Translations under genes and position numbers: made by a program
The notes under the pieces: model-generated
The model's input: the letters and a program-made list of their open reading frames with translations, nothing else
What the model was told of the DNA's origin: nothing
The model's database searches: none
From: an uncultured Pelagibacteraceae bacterium
GTDB lineage: Bacteria; Pseudomonadota; Alphaproteobacteria; Pelagibacterales; AG-422-B15
Assembly (NCBI GenBank): GCA_902564295.1
Contig: CACFAO010000001.1
Location: 25,051-89,050, forward strand
Reading direction: 5' to 3'
DNA length: 64,000 nt
In this document: piece by piece, positions 29,847 to 38,584 of the stretch
Position numbering within the stretch: position 1 is the stretch's first letter
Layout of the letters: each line of letters opens with the position of its first letter

Positions 29847-31374
29847 TAATTTTCTTTTTTTGATCAAACTGGTAAGAGTACTAAAAAAATACAATGTATT
29901 AATCTTAATAAATAGAAATATACGATTTAAATTTTTATTTATTTTTTTTACTAATTTAATTTCTATCGGCGTGTCATATGACAAAAACCATAAGAATAAA
30001 TCTGAAGGATTAAGAATTGCGCAAGCATTGAACGAACTCGGCCCTTCATTTGTAAAACTAGGCCAATTAATATCTACAAGGCCTGATATCGTAGGCAATA
30101 CAATTGCAGAGGACCTTGCACTATTAAGAGATAATTTACCACCTTTTTCAAGAAAAATAGCTATTGAAATTATTGAAGATGAGTTTGGAACAAATATTGA
30201 TAATGTTTTTTCACAATTTAGCGAACCTGTTGCCGCAGCTTCGATTGCACAAGTGCATTTTGCTAAAATAAAATCATCTAATACAGAAATTGATGTAGCA
30301 GTGAAAGTTCTAAGGCCAGAAATAGAAAAAATAATCAATCAGGAAATGGAAAGGCTAGAGTGGCTTACCACTTTCATGGAAAATTTCACCGAATTTCAAA
30401 GGTTAAGACCTAATTCTATAATAAAAAAAGCAAAGGAAGTCATAAAATTTGAACTAGATTTAAGATATGAAGCTGCAGCTGCTTCAGAGTTATCTGAGAA
30501 CACGAATATGGATGAGACTTTTTATGTGCCGGCAGTTTATTGGGATAAAGTTACTCAAAAAATACTCACGATGGAAAAAATTATTGGTGTTCCAGCAGAT
30601 AAAATTGACGAGTTAAACGAAAAAAAAGTAAATATGAAACAAGCAGCTGAAAATCTGATTATAAATTTTTTAAGACAATCAATAAGAGATGGATATTTTC
30701 ATGCCGACCTTCATCAAGGCAATTTATTCCTTAATCCAAAGGGTAAACTTTTAGCGGTTGATTTTGGTATTATGGGTAGATTGGATAAAAAAAATAGATC
30801 TTATTTAGCAGAAATTATTTATGGATTTATAAAACAAGATTATTTACATATTGCAAAAATTCATCAAGAGGCAGGGTTGATTGATAAAAATCAATCTATA
30901 GAGGATTTTTCACAAGCTTTAAGATCGATCGGGGAGCCAATCATAAATCAAAAAGCTAAAAATATTTCAATGGGAAATGTACTTCTCCAGTTATTTGATA
31001 TAACAAAGCAATTTAATATGTTTTTACAACCACAGCTTTTGCTTTTACAGAAAACAATGATAACAGTTGAGGGAGTTGCTAGAAAATTGGATCCGGATAT
31101 TAATTTTTGGGAAGTATCAAAACCTGAAATTGAAACATGGCTAAAAGATGAGTTAGGAATAAAAAATAGACTTCAACAAACACAACAAGCATTACAAAGT
31201 ATTGCAAGAAAAGTTCCTGACATCCCCGACTTTATCTCAAGAGCTGATCAAGCCTTTGATTTGATAGTAAAGAATGAAGAGGACAAAACTCCAAAAAATA
31301 GAGATAGCAATTCATATGTGATAGGCGGTGTAGCCCTTGTGGTTGGAATAATGATTGCTTTTGTATTCATTTAG
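29821..31374 (+). CDS. ubiB: Ubiquinone biosynthesis protein kinase-like UbiB (ABC1/ADCK family)
   Basis: ABC1 motifs are present: LGPSFVKLGQLISTRPDIVG, ..PVAAASIAQVH.A.., ..HADLHQGNLF.. and ..VDFGIMGRL... A C-terminal TM segment follows. The exact start is uncertain (29821 or the Met at 29839), and the gene overlaps the ubiE 3' end. Confidence 0.92.
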   Translation: MLQKLLMLSNFLFLIKLVRVLKKYNVLILINRNIRFKFLFIFFTNLISIGVSYDKNHKNKSEGLRIAQALNELGPSFVKLGQLISTRPDIVGNTIAEDLALLRDNLPPFSRKIAIEIIEDEFGTNIDNVFSQFSEPVAAASIAQVHFAKIKSSNTEIDVAVKVLRPEIEKIINQEMERLEWLTTFMENFTEFQRLRPNSIIKKAKEVIKFELDLRYEAAAASELSENTNMDETFYVPAVYWDKVTQKILTMEKIIGVPADKIDELNEKKVNMKQAAENLIINFLRQSIRDGYFHADLHQGNLFLNPKGKLLAVDFGIMGRLDKKNRSYLAEIIYGFIKQDYLHIAKIHQEAGLIDKNQSIEDFSQALRSIGEPIINQKAKNISMGNVLLQLFDITKQFNMFLQPQLLLLQKTMITVEGVARKLDPDINFWEVSKPEIETWLKDELGIKNRLQQTQQALQSIARKVPDIPDFISRADQAFDLIVKNEEDKTPKNRDSNSYVIGGVALVVGIMIAFVFI

Positions 31375-31420
31375 AGAAATTTTGCGTTTATTACTGGTCA
31401 TTTAGGACAAAAGAGTATAC

Positions 31421-32626
31421 GTGTACAAAATGCAAAATAAAAAAGTTCTATTGATTATCACTGGAGGCATCGCTGCATATAAGTCTCTAGAAACAATACG
31501 TGAATTAAAGAAAAATAACGTAGATGTAACTTGTATTTTAACAAAATCTGGATCTGAATTTGTAACACCTCTATCTATTGAGAGTCTCTCAGGAAACAAA
31601 GTTTATACTGACTTGTTTAATTTAACAGATGAGCATGAAATGGGTCACATTCAACTTTCTAGATTGTCAGATATTATTTTAGTTGCTCCAGCAACTGCAA
31701 ATATGATTTCAAAAATGGCTTACGGGGTAGCTGACGATCTTGCATCTACCGTTCTTATGGCTACAAACAAGCCAATACTGGTTGCTCCAGCTATGAATGT
31801 AAGAATGTGGTTGAATAATTCTACACAAAGAAATATTGAGACATTGAAAAATGATGGTATCGAGTTTATCGGACCGGATAACGGTGAAATGGCTTGCGGT
31901 GAATACGGCGAAGGCCGCATGGTTGAACCAGATGAAGTCGTAAAATTTATTAAAAAATATTTTGATGCACTTGATTATAAACCTCTTTTGAATCGAACTG
32001 CTTTAGTTACTGCTGGTCCAACTAAAGAAATGATAGACCCTGTAAGATTTATCTCAAATGAGTCCTCAGGAAAACAGGGCTATGCAATAGCAGAAACATT
32101 ACAAAGCTTAGGTGCAAAAACAACTTTAGTTTCTGGCCCAACGAGCTTAACCAGCCCTAATGTAGAACGGGTCATAAACGTGGAATCAGCTGATCAAATG
32201 TTAGAAGCTTGCGAAAGTTCACTGCCAGCAGATATAGCAGTATGTGCTGCTGCTGTAGCAGATTATAAGATTGCTAATAAAGAGATTACAAAGATAAAGA
32301 AAGATGGATCACGTCAAAATATGATTTTAGAAGAAAATCCAGATATTTTGGAAAGACTAAGTAAAAGAAACCATCTAAGGCCAAAACTGGTAGTAGGTTT
32401 CGCAGCTGAGACTAGTAATCTTGAAAGAAACTCCGATGAAAAACTAAATAAAAAAGGCTGTGATTGGGTTTTAGGCAACAATGTTTCAGAAAATAGTATA
32501 TTTAATCAAGATACAAACAAAATATACTTTACGTCAAAACTATATTCTGAAAACTGGGAATTGATGACAAAAAAAGAAGTGGCCGAGAGACTGTGTCAAA
32601 AAATTTCTCTTCACTTAAATAATTGA
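31421..32626 (+). CDS. coaBC: Bifunctional phosphopantothenoylcysteine decarboxylase / phosphopantothenate-cysteine ligase
   Basis: An N-terminal flavoprotein domain (ITGGIAAYK..., PAMN..MW) is followed by a C-terminal CoaB domain (..TAGPT.E.IDPVRFISN.SSGKQGYA..). Confidence 0.95.
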   Translation: MYKMQNKKVLLIITGGIAAYKSLETIRELKKNNVDVTCILTKSGSEFVTPLSIESLSGNKVYTDLFNLTDEHEMGHIQLSRLSDIILVAPATANMISKMAYGVADDLASTVLMATNKPILVAPAMNVRMWLNNSTQRNIETLKNDGIEFIGPDNGEMACGEYGEGRMVEPDEVVKFIKKYFDALDYKPLLNRTALVTAGPTKEMIDPVRFISNESSGKQGYAIAETLQSLGAKTTLVSGPTSLTSPNVERVINVESADQMLEACESSLPADIAVCAAAVADYKIANKEITKIKKDGSRQNMILEENPDILERLSKRNHLRPKLVVGFAAETSNLERNSDEKLNKKGCDWVLGNNVSENSIFNQDTNKIYFTSKLYSENWELMTKKEVAERLCQKISLHLNN

Positions 32627-32636
32627 TGTTATTGAT

Positions 32637-33098
32637 TTGGCTAATCTACATTTCTCAGAAGTACATATAAAAAAAACTTCAAAACTCAAGGATTTTGATA
32701 TTCCTTCTTATCAGACAGATGAGGCTGCTGGAGTTGACTTATGTGCATCCATTGAAAATTCAATAAAAATTCGTCCGTGGGAAAGAGAAATTATTCCATG
32801 TGGAATATCAATTGCAATGCCAAAAGGTTTGGAGGCTCAGATTCGGCCAAGATCCGGTTTAGCATTTAAACATGGTATAACAATATTAAACACCCCTGGA
32901 ACAATAGACAGTGATTATAGAGGTGAAATTAAAGTAATATTAATAAACTTAAGCAAAGATGAATTTACCATTCATCCAAAAGATAGAATTGCACAAATGG
33001 TCTTCACAAATGCTATACAAGTAAAGTTCAAAGAAGTTCAAAATCTTGATCAAACAAAAAGAGGAGATGGAGGATTTGGATCTACCGGAAAAGATTAA
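32637..33098 (+). CDS. dut: dUTP diphosphatase (dUTPase); TTG start in the track
   Basis: dUTPase motifs are present: AAGVDL, IRPRSGLA, GTIDSDYRGEI and ..RGDGGFGSTG. Confidence 0.95.
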   Translation: MANLHFSEVHIKKTSKLKDFDIPSYQTDEAAGVDLCASIENSIKIRPWEREIIPCGISIAMPKGLEAQIRPRSGLAFKHGITILNTPGTIDSDYRGEIKVILINLSKDEFTIHPKDRIAQMVFTNAIQVKFKEVQNLDQTKRGDGGFGSTGKD

Positions 33099-33688
33099 TC
33101 AAAATCTTTTATTAGTGCAGCTTTTACCTCATTAGTAAGCACAGAAATATGTGGATAGTGTTCGTGGTCGGTTCCAATCTCAACAGTGCAATCCATATCT
33201 TTAAAATCTTTAACATGATGATCCTCAAACTTAAAATGTAGAAAATGAACTGATGACGTTTTCCCTGAGTTGTCTGTACGATCTACGTCATTTTCAGGCA
33301 CGGCAAAAATTTTATTTCCATTAACCTTTATATATGTCTTATTTTCTACATTACCTAAAGAGGACAAAACTTTTTTTCTAGTTAATGGATTATCTATTTC
33401 AAACATGAATGTAGCAACTAATTCTGAACCATTTGGTATTAGAGGATTATACGCCTCTAACTCATCTCTTAATTGTTCATCGCCACCTTTTTCAATATAA
33501 AGCATTTCCTGTATCTGAGCCTTCATTGTAAAAAAATTTTCAAAATAGAAAGTAGAATGTGGTCCTAACTCTACTCGTCTATTTTTTTTCATTGCAACAA
33601 CTTCTTTTCGAATTGTCTTACGCTCTTTTGAATAAGTTGTTAAGTCCAATAAATCTGACGAGTCGATTTTTTTTTGTTCGATTGGCAT
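33095..33688 (-). CDS. DUF3501 family protein (function unknown)
   Basis: The pattern KKNRRVELGPHSTFYFENFFTMKAQIQEMLYIEK...AYNPLIP.GSELVATFMFE...KTSSVHFLHF matches the conserved DUF3501 blocks as I recall them. It is the last gene of the rubrerythrin / Fe-S cluster. Confidence 0.7.
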   Translation of the reverse strand: MPIEQKKIDSSDLLDLTTYSKERKTIRKEVVAMKKNRRVELGPHSTFYFENFFTMKAQIQEMLYIEKGGDEQLRDELEAYNPLIPNGSELVATFMFEIDNPLTRKKVLSSLGNVENKTYIKVNGNKIFAVPENDVDRTDNSGKTSSVHFLHFKFEDHHVKDFKDMDCTVEIGTDHEHYPHISVLTNEVKAALIKDFD

Positions 33689-33718
33689 ATCACTTACCTA
33701 ATAATTTATCATTAAATA

Positions 33719-35059
33719 TCAAGTTAAATTATAGGATTTTGCTATAACTTCTATTGGGTGCATTGATATATATTTTGTATCTTTATCTTCATTTAAAAAT
33801 TCATTTAAATGCTTACAAGCAAGAGGGCAGTCCGAGACCATATACTTGTTTTTTTTGTTTCTGATTTGACGAGCAGTCGCCCTGCCGTATTTAATTGCCG
33901 ACTTTCTTGTTTTTTTCATAACCCCAAAAGTTCCTCCATGTCCAGCGCACTTTTCAACGACATCTACTTTGGTTTCAGGAATTTTCTTCAACATTTCTAG
34001 CGCTTTATTGCCCATATTTTGTGCCCGAGCATGGCAGGCGTTGTGAACAGTAATTCCATCATCAAAGGATTGTAAACCATCAACAAGCCCTTCTTTTTTA
34101 GCTATATCAACAATATATTCATCAATGTCAAAGACATGCTTTGATAGCCGTTTAACATTTTTATTTTCTGGGTTAATTAATGGCCATTCAAATTTTAACA
34201 TTAAACCACAACTGGCTGTGAGAGTTACTATGTCATAACCTTGATCGATAAGTTTACATAATTCTTCTGAGATATTTTCCGATTGAATTTTTACCTTTTC
34301 ATGCTGCGCTTGCTCTAAATGTGGCATTCCGCAACAACCTGGGTACGTTGATATTGTGTCCACACCATTAAAATTTAAAACATTATTAGCTGCTGCTCCT
34401 ACTTTTGAATTATTATGGTTAACATAACATGTTGAATAAATTGCGACCTTTCTTCCATAAGCTGGAGCATTTTTATTTAACTTATTAGAATTATTTTTAA
34501 AGTTATCATGAAATGACTTTTTTTCGAACTTAGGTAATTCAGCATCTTTATCTATACCTGTCATAAGTTCCAACGGGCTTCTTGTTAATTTATTTTTTTT
34601 ATCAGATGACCAATTAGCTATACTGGGCGACAGTCTTGCGAGACTCGCATTTCGATCTACCTTTGCAAGTTCTTTTGGAATTTTAGATAATTTTTTTTGA
34701 TTTTCTTGATAAGTTCTGTATCTGAGCATCAGATGAGGAAAATCGATATTAAATTCATGGGGCGGTACGTAAGGACATTTAGTCATAAAACACATATCAC
34801 ATAATGTGCATTTATCTGTAACATCCTCGAAATGTTTTTTTGTTAAATCATCAACTGACTCATTTGGAGAGTCGTCAATAAAATCAAATAATGTTGGAAA
34901 ACTATCGCAGAGATTAAAGCACCGTCGGCAACTATGACAAACTTCAAACTGTCGACGCATCTCAGCATCTAAAGCTTTTTCATTTAGATATTCATCTGAG
35001 TTCCAATCTACAATATCACGTGTAGGTGCAGCTAAACTGCCTTCTTTTTTTATATCCAT
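33719..35059 (-). CDS. (Fe-S)-binding oxidoreductase with two CCG domains (GlpC/GlcF/HdrD-like 'heterodisulfide-reductase-related')
   Basis: Two ferredoxin-type cluster motifs (CHSCRRCFNLC..P and CTLCDMCFMTKCP) are followed by two Cys-rich CCG-type motifs (..YPGCCGMPH.. and ..VEKCAGHGG..). Confidence 0.8.
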   Translation of the reverse strand: MDIKKEGSLAAPTRDIVDWNSDEYLNEKALDAEMRRQFEVCHSCRRCFNLCDSFPTLFDFIDDSPNESVDDLTKKHFEDVTDKCTLCDMCFMTKCPYVPPHEFNIDFPHLMLRYRTYQENQKKLSKIPKELAKVDRNASLARLSPSIANWSSDKKNKLTRSPLELMTGIDKDAELPKFEKKSFHDNFKNNSNKLNKNAPAYGRKVAIYSTCYVNHNNSKVGAAANNVLNFNGVDTISTYPGCCGMPHLEQAQHEKVKIQSENISEELCKLIDQGYDIVTLTASCGLMLKFEWPLINPENKNVKRLSKHVFDIDEYIVDIAKKEGLVDGLQSFDDGITVHNACHARAQNMGNKALEMLKKIPETKVDVVEKCAGHGGTFGVMKKTRKSAIKYGRATARQIRNKKNKYMVSDCPLACKHLNEFLNEDKDTKYISMHPIEVIAKSYNLT

Positions 35060-35064
35060 GATAG

Positions 35065-35093
35065 AAAAAAAGGGGCTATTTAAGCCCCTTTTT
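35065..35093 (-). terminator. Intrinsic terminator/attenuator hairpin between the rubrerythrin gene and the downstream Fe-S oxidoreductase gene
   Basis: The minus-strand RNA is AAAAA-GGGGCU-UAAAU-AGCCCC-UUUUUUU. The 6-bp stem is all G-C/A-U and is the most GC-rich element in this AT-rich neighbourhood. It starts 3 nt after the rbr stop, and the U-tract ends 5 nt before the ATG at 35059. Confidence 0.7.
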
Positions 35094-35095
35094 AA

Positions 35096-35515
35096 TTAAT
35101 CGATTGAGTCTAATGTTTTTTGGAATTTGCCTGCGTGAGACTTTTCAGCTTTAGCCAATGTTTCGAACCAATCAGCTATTTCGTCAAAGCCCTCTTCTCT
35201 TGCAGTCTTTGCCATGCCTGGATACATATCAGTATACTCATGAGTTTCTCCAGCTATAGCAGCTTTTAAATTATCCTCTGTTGAACCAATTGGTTCTCCT
35301 GTTGCAGGATCACCTACTTCTTCCATAAACTCTAAATGTCCGTGAGCGTGCCCTGTTTCACCTTCTGCAGTTGATCTAAATACAGCCGCAACATCATTGT
35401 GGCCTTCTACATCTGCTTTTTGTGCAAAGTATAAATATCTTCTGTTTGCTTGGCTCTCACCTGCAAATGCTGCTTTTAGGTTATCCAAAGTTTTACTATC
35501 TTTTAATTCAGTCAT
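35096..35515 (-). CDS. rbr: Rubrerythrin-family di-iron protein lacking a rubredoxin domain ('erythrin'-type, cysteine-free)
   Basis: The 139-aa protein shows [23 protein letters not shown].., ..[11 protein letters not shown].. (ExxH), the second-half repeat [13 protein letters not shown].. and ..[11 protein letters not shown] (ExxH). There is no Cys and therefore no rubredoxin-like FeS4 site. Confidence 0.88.
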   Translation of the reverse strand: MTELKDSKTLDNLKAAFAGESQANRRYLYFAQKADVEGHNDVAAVFRSTAEGETGHAHGHLEFMEEVGDPATGEPIGSTEDNLKAAIAGETHEYTDMYPGMAKTAREEGFDEIADWFETLAKAEKSHAGKFQKTLDSID

Positions 35516-35572
35516 TTGTCTCTCCTTAATAAGTTAATACAAAGATATAATTGATTTAAAAAAAGTCAATAC

Positions 35573-35589
35573 ATTAGAATCGTTCTAAA
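35573..35589. promoter_or_regulatory. Irr-type iron control element (ICE box) upstream of the rubrerythrin operon
   Basis: ATTAGAA-TCG-TTCTAAA compares with the published ICE consensus TTTAGAA-N3-TTCTAAA, matching 13 of 14 specified positions. It lies 58 nt upstream of the rbr ATG and 24 nt downstream of the stop of the adjacent irr-like gene. Confidence 0.6.
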
Positions 35590-35612
35590 CTGATATTGAG
35601 AATTATTATCAA

Positions 35613-36005
35613 TTAATTATCTAAGTGAACTAGAACTTCTATCTTATTAATTTTTTTATTTTTTGGAGGCTTTGGGAGGCCACTTACTTTCATGTCTACA
35701 TTAATATCAATTAATTTTTGATCATTTTTAGAATAAAAGTGATGATGATGCTCAGTGTTAGTATCAAAATAAATACGTTCAGAATTAATCATTAATTTTT
35801 TTAAAAGACCTTTTTCGTAAAAGTCGTGAAGGGTATTATAAATTGTTGCAAGAGATATTCCCGCTTTCATCTTCAAAAGTTTATTTGATAGAGTTTCAGC
35901 TGTTACATGCTTGTTTATACCGTCAAATAAGTAATTAGCTATAATCACTCTTTGCTTAGTTGGTCTTAGCGAGTTTTGTCTCAAAAAATGCTTGATATCT
36001 TTCAT
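35613..36005 (-). CDS. irr: Fur-family iron response regulator, Irr-type
   Basis: The Fur-family winged helix (RPTKQRVIIANYL...SLATIYNTLHDF) is present, along with a His cluster EHHHHF at the position of the Irr HxH heme/metal motif. There are no cysteines and so no structural Zn site. The gene is divergent from fabA-fabB-fabI, as irr is in many alphaproteobacteria. Confidence 0.7.
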   Translation of the reverse strand: MKDIKHFLRQNSLRPTKQRVIIANYLFDGINKHVTAETLSNKLLKMKAGISLATIYNTLHDFYEKGLLKKLMINSERIYFDTNTEHHHHFYSKNDQKLIDINVDMKVSGLPKPPKNKKINKIEVLVHLDN

Positions 36006-36025
36006 AAATTTATTTTTATTAAAAT

Positions 36026-36055
36026 TTAATGTATTTTACAATAATAATACATTAA
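36026..36055. promoter_or_regulatory. Perfect 10-bp inverted repeat TTAATGTATT-N10-AATACATTAA in the irr/fabA divergent promoter region
   Basis: The arms at 36026-36035 and 36046-36055 are exact reverse complements. The element lies 21-50 nt upstream of the irr ATG and 42-71 nt upstream of the fabA GTG. Confidence 0.3.
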
Positions 36056-36096
36056 TCTTACAAACTTCATATAAAACAATAAGATAGATAAACCTT

Positions 36097-36597
36097 GTGG
36101 AAAAAAAATCAAGCTTTACAAAAGAAGATCTTTTAGATTGCGCTCACGGCACAATGTTTGGAATTGGAAATGCACGGCTTCCACTTCCCCCAATGTTAAT
36201 GTTTGATAGAATAACAAAAATTACTGGTAGTGGTGGTAAATTCGGCAAAGGTGAAATTGTTGCTCAATTGGACGTAACACCAGACTTATGGTTTTTTGAT
36301 TGTCATTTTGAAATGGACCCTGTGATGCCAGGATGTCTAGGCTTGGATGCAATGTGGCAATTAGTTGGATTCTATTTAGGATGGATTGGTGAACCTGGAC
36401 GCGGTAGGGCGCTAGGTTCAGGAAACGTAAAGTTTGGTGGTGAAATTTTAAAGGACTCAAAATTGGTTGAATATAAAATTGAAATGAAAAAAATAATAAA
36501 AAGAGGTGTTATTGTAGGAGTAGGCGATGGAGTGGTAGAAGTAGATGGTAAGCAAATATATTCTGCCGAAGGATTAAAGGTAGGACTGATTAAATAA
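36097..36597 (+). CDS. fabA: 3-hydroxydecanoyl-ACP dehydratase / trans-2-decenoyl-ACP isomerase (GTG start)
   Basis: FabA hot-dog motifs are present: ..[11 protein letters not shown].., the active-site His context [22 protein letters not shown]. Confidence 0.93.
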   Translation: MEKKSSFTKEDLLDCAHGTMFGIGNARLPLPPMLMFDRITKITGSGGKFGKGEIVAQLDVTPDLWFFDCHFEMDPVMPGCLGLDAMWQLVGFYLGWIGEPGRGRALGSGNVKFGGEILKDSKLVEYKIEMKKIIKRGVIVGVGDGVVEVDGKQIYSAEGLKVGLIK

Positions 36598-37808
36598 TGA
36601 GAAGAGTTGTGATTACAGGCCTTGGAATAGTGTCATCTCTTGGAAATAATAAGGATGAAGTAAAATCATCATTATACAATGCTTCGTCCGGTATTTCTTT
36701 TGACCAATCACAAAAAGAAATGGGTTTTAGAAGCCAGGTGAGTGGCCAAATAGATCTCAATTTAGAAGAGACTATAGAAAGAAAGTTTCTTAGATTTATG
36801 GGAGATGGAGCGAGCTATAATTATATTGCTATGAATGAGGCCATTGAGGACTCCGGACTTAATGAAGACGAAATATCGAATAATATGACAGGTTTAATTA
36901 TGGGATCAGGCGGACCATCTACTAAAAGCTTACTAAGAGCGTTTGACATCACTCGAGAAAAAGGTCCAAAAAAAATTGGTCCTACGAGCGTTCCAAAAGT
37001 CATGTGCAGTACCAACTCTGCAACTTTATCAACGTATTTTAAAATTAAAGGCATTAATTATTCAATAAGCTCAGCGTGTTCTACTAGCGCTCATTGTATA
37101 GGTAATGCTTTTGAAATTATACAAATGGGAAAACAGGATCGTATATTTGCTGGGGGTGGTGAAGAATTAGATTGGACTTTGTCAGCACTCTTTGATGCAA
37201 TGCCCGCTTTATCTTCAAAATATAATGATCAACCTTCAAAATCTTCCAGGGCTTTTGATAAACATCGTGATGGTTTTGTAATTGCTGGTGGAGGTGGGGT
37301 AGTCGTTTTGGAAGATTTAGAAACAGCGGTAAAAAGAAATGCCAAGATATATGCGGAGATAGTCGGTTATGGAGCTACATCAGATGGTCATGACATGGTT
37401 CAGCCATCAGGAGAAGGTGCTGAAAGATGCATGATGATGGCAAAAAAAGATATTGAAAAAATTGATTACATTAATGCTCACGGAACATCAACACCTGTAG
37501 GTGATATTGCTGAATTAAAAGCAATAAAAAAAGTATTTAAAGATGATTTACCTCTTATCAGTTCTACAAAATCTTTAAGTGGGCATTCTTTAGGCGCTGC
37601 TGGTGTTCATGAGTCAATTTACACTTTATTAATGATGAATAATAATTTTGTTTCAGAGTCTGCTAATATTGATGAGTTGGATGAAGAAGCAATTGGAATG
37701 AATATTCTAACTTCACGTTATGATGAAAAAATTGATACCGCAATGAGTAATAGCTTTGGATTTGGCGGTACAAATGCATCATTAGTGTTTAAGAGGTTTG
37801 AAGGATGA
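36597..37808 (+). CDS. fabB: Beta-ketoacyl-ACP synthase I
   Basis: The KAS fold is present with the active Cys ([13 protein letters not shown]), the His pair (..NAHGTSTP.. and ..SGHSLGAAG..) and the C-terminal [12 protein letters not shown]. The gene sits between fabA and fabI. Confidence 0.92.
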   Translation: MRRVVITGLGIVSSLGNNKDEVKSSLYNASSGISFDQSQKEMGFRSQVSGQIDLNLEETIERKFLRFMGDGASYNYIAMNEAIEDSGLNEDEISNNMTGLIMGSGGPSTKSLLRAFDITREKGPKKIGPTSVPKVMCSTNSATLSTYFKIKGINYSISSACSTSAHCIGNAFEIIQMGKQDRIFAGGGEELDWTLSALFDAMPALSSKYNDQPSKSSRAFDKHRDGFVIAGGGGVVVLEDLETAVKRNAKIYAEIVGYGATSDGHDMVQPSGEGAERCMMMAKKDIEKIDYINAHGTSTPVGDIAELKAIKKVFKDDLPLISSTKSLSGHSLGAAGVHESIYTLLMMNNNFVSESANIDELDEEAIGMNILTSRYDEKIDTAMSNSFGFGGTNASLVFKRFEG

Positions 37809-38584
37809 GTTTACTGCATGGAAAAAAAGGGGTGGTTATGGGTGTTGCTAATGACCATTCTATTGCTTGGGGAATTTCAAAAAAATTATCTGATGAAGGC
37901 GCTAAGCTTTGTTTTACTTATCAAGGAGAGTCCTTGCATCGAAGAGTGAAGCCTTTGGCAAATTCAATCAAAAGTAATTTTTTGATTGAATGTGACGTAT
38001 TAAAAGAAGGATCAGTAAAAAAATCATTTGATGAAATTGGAAATCATTGGGGCGAAATTGACTTTGTATTACATTCAATAGCATTTTCTGAAAAAGAAGA
38101 ATTAAAAGGAAAATATTTGAATACATCACGCAATAATTTTTCAAATACTATGCTTGTTTCATGTTTTTCTTTTACAGAGGTAGCTCACGAAGCTGAAAAA
38201 CTCATGAAAAATGGTGGTTCACTTCTAACACTTACTTATGATGGATCTCAAAAATATATTCGGAACTACAACGTAATGGGTGTTGCAAAAGCTGCTCTTG
38301 AGTCCAGTGTAAGATATTTAGCTGCTGATCTCGGCCCTTCAAACATTAGGGTCAATGCATTATCAGCGGGACCAATGAAAACACTTGCTATGGCTGGTAT
38401 TTCTGGTGGCAAAGACATGATGAAGTGGTCTGAGAAAAATTCTTTAATGAATAGAAACATTGATTTAGAGGATGTTGGAAAATCGGGCCTGTACTTACTC
38501 AGTGATTTGTCTTCCGGCGTAACAGGTGAAACACATTACGTTGACTGTGGCTATAATATTGTAGGTGTTCCTAAAGAAATTTAG
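37805..38584 (+). CDS. fabI: Enoyl-ACP reductase (NADH), FabI
   Basis: [12 protein letters not shown], the catalytic Y-x6-K ([12 protein letters not shown]) and ..NALSAGP.KTLA.. are present. Confidence 0.93.
   Translation: MSLLHGKKGVVMGVANDHSIAWGISKKLSDEGAKLCFTYQGESLHRRVKPLANSIKSNFLIECDVLKEGSVKKSFDEIGNHWGEIDFVLHSIAFSEKEELKGKYLNTSRNNFSNTMLVSCFSFTEVAHEAEKLMKNGGSLLTLTYDGSQKYIRNYNVMGVAKAALESSVRYLAADLGPSNIRVNALSAGPMKTLAMAGISGGKDMMKWSEKNSLMNRNIDLEDVGKSGLYLLSDLSSGVTGETHYVDCGYNIVGVPKEI

Noticed and set aside
29730-30338. A 202-aa minus-strand ORF spanning the ubiE/ubiB junction; the longest unexplained ORF in the track.
   Set aside because: It lies entirely antisense to two confidently identified genes, ubiE and ubiB. 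Its composition (Ile/Ser/Phe/Leu/Lys-rich, with no recognisable motif) is what antisense frames of AT-rich genes produce. No room is left for an independent gene.
35592-35625. Fur-box-like run of AT hexamers (GATATT GAGAAT TATTAT CAATTA ATTATC) at the 3' end of irr.
   Set aside because: It overlaps the irr stop codon region. In DNA this AT-rich, NATWAT hexamer runs arise by chance. The adjacent ICE box is a much more specific match.
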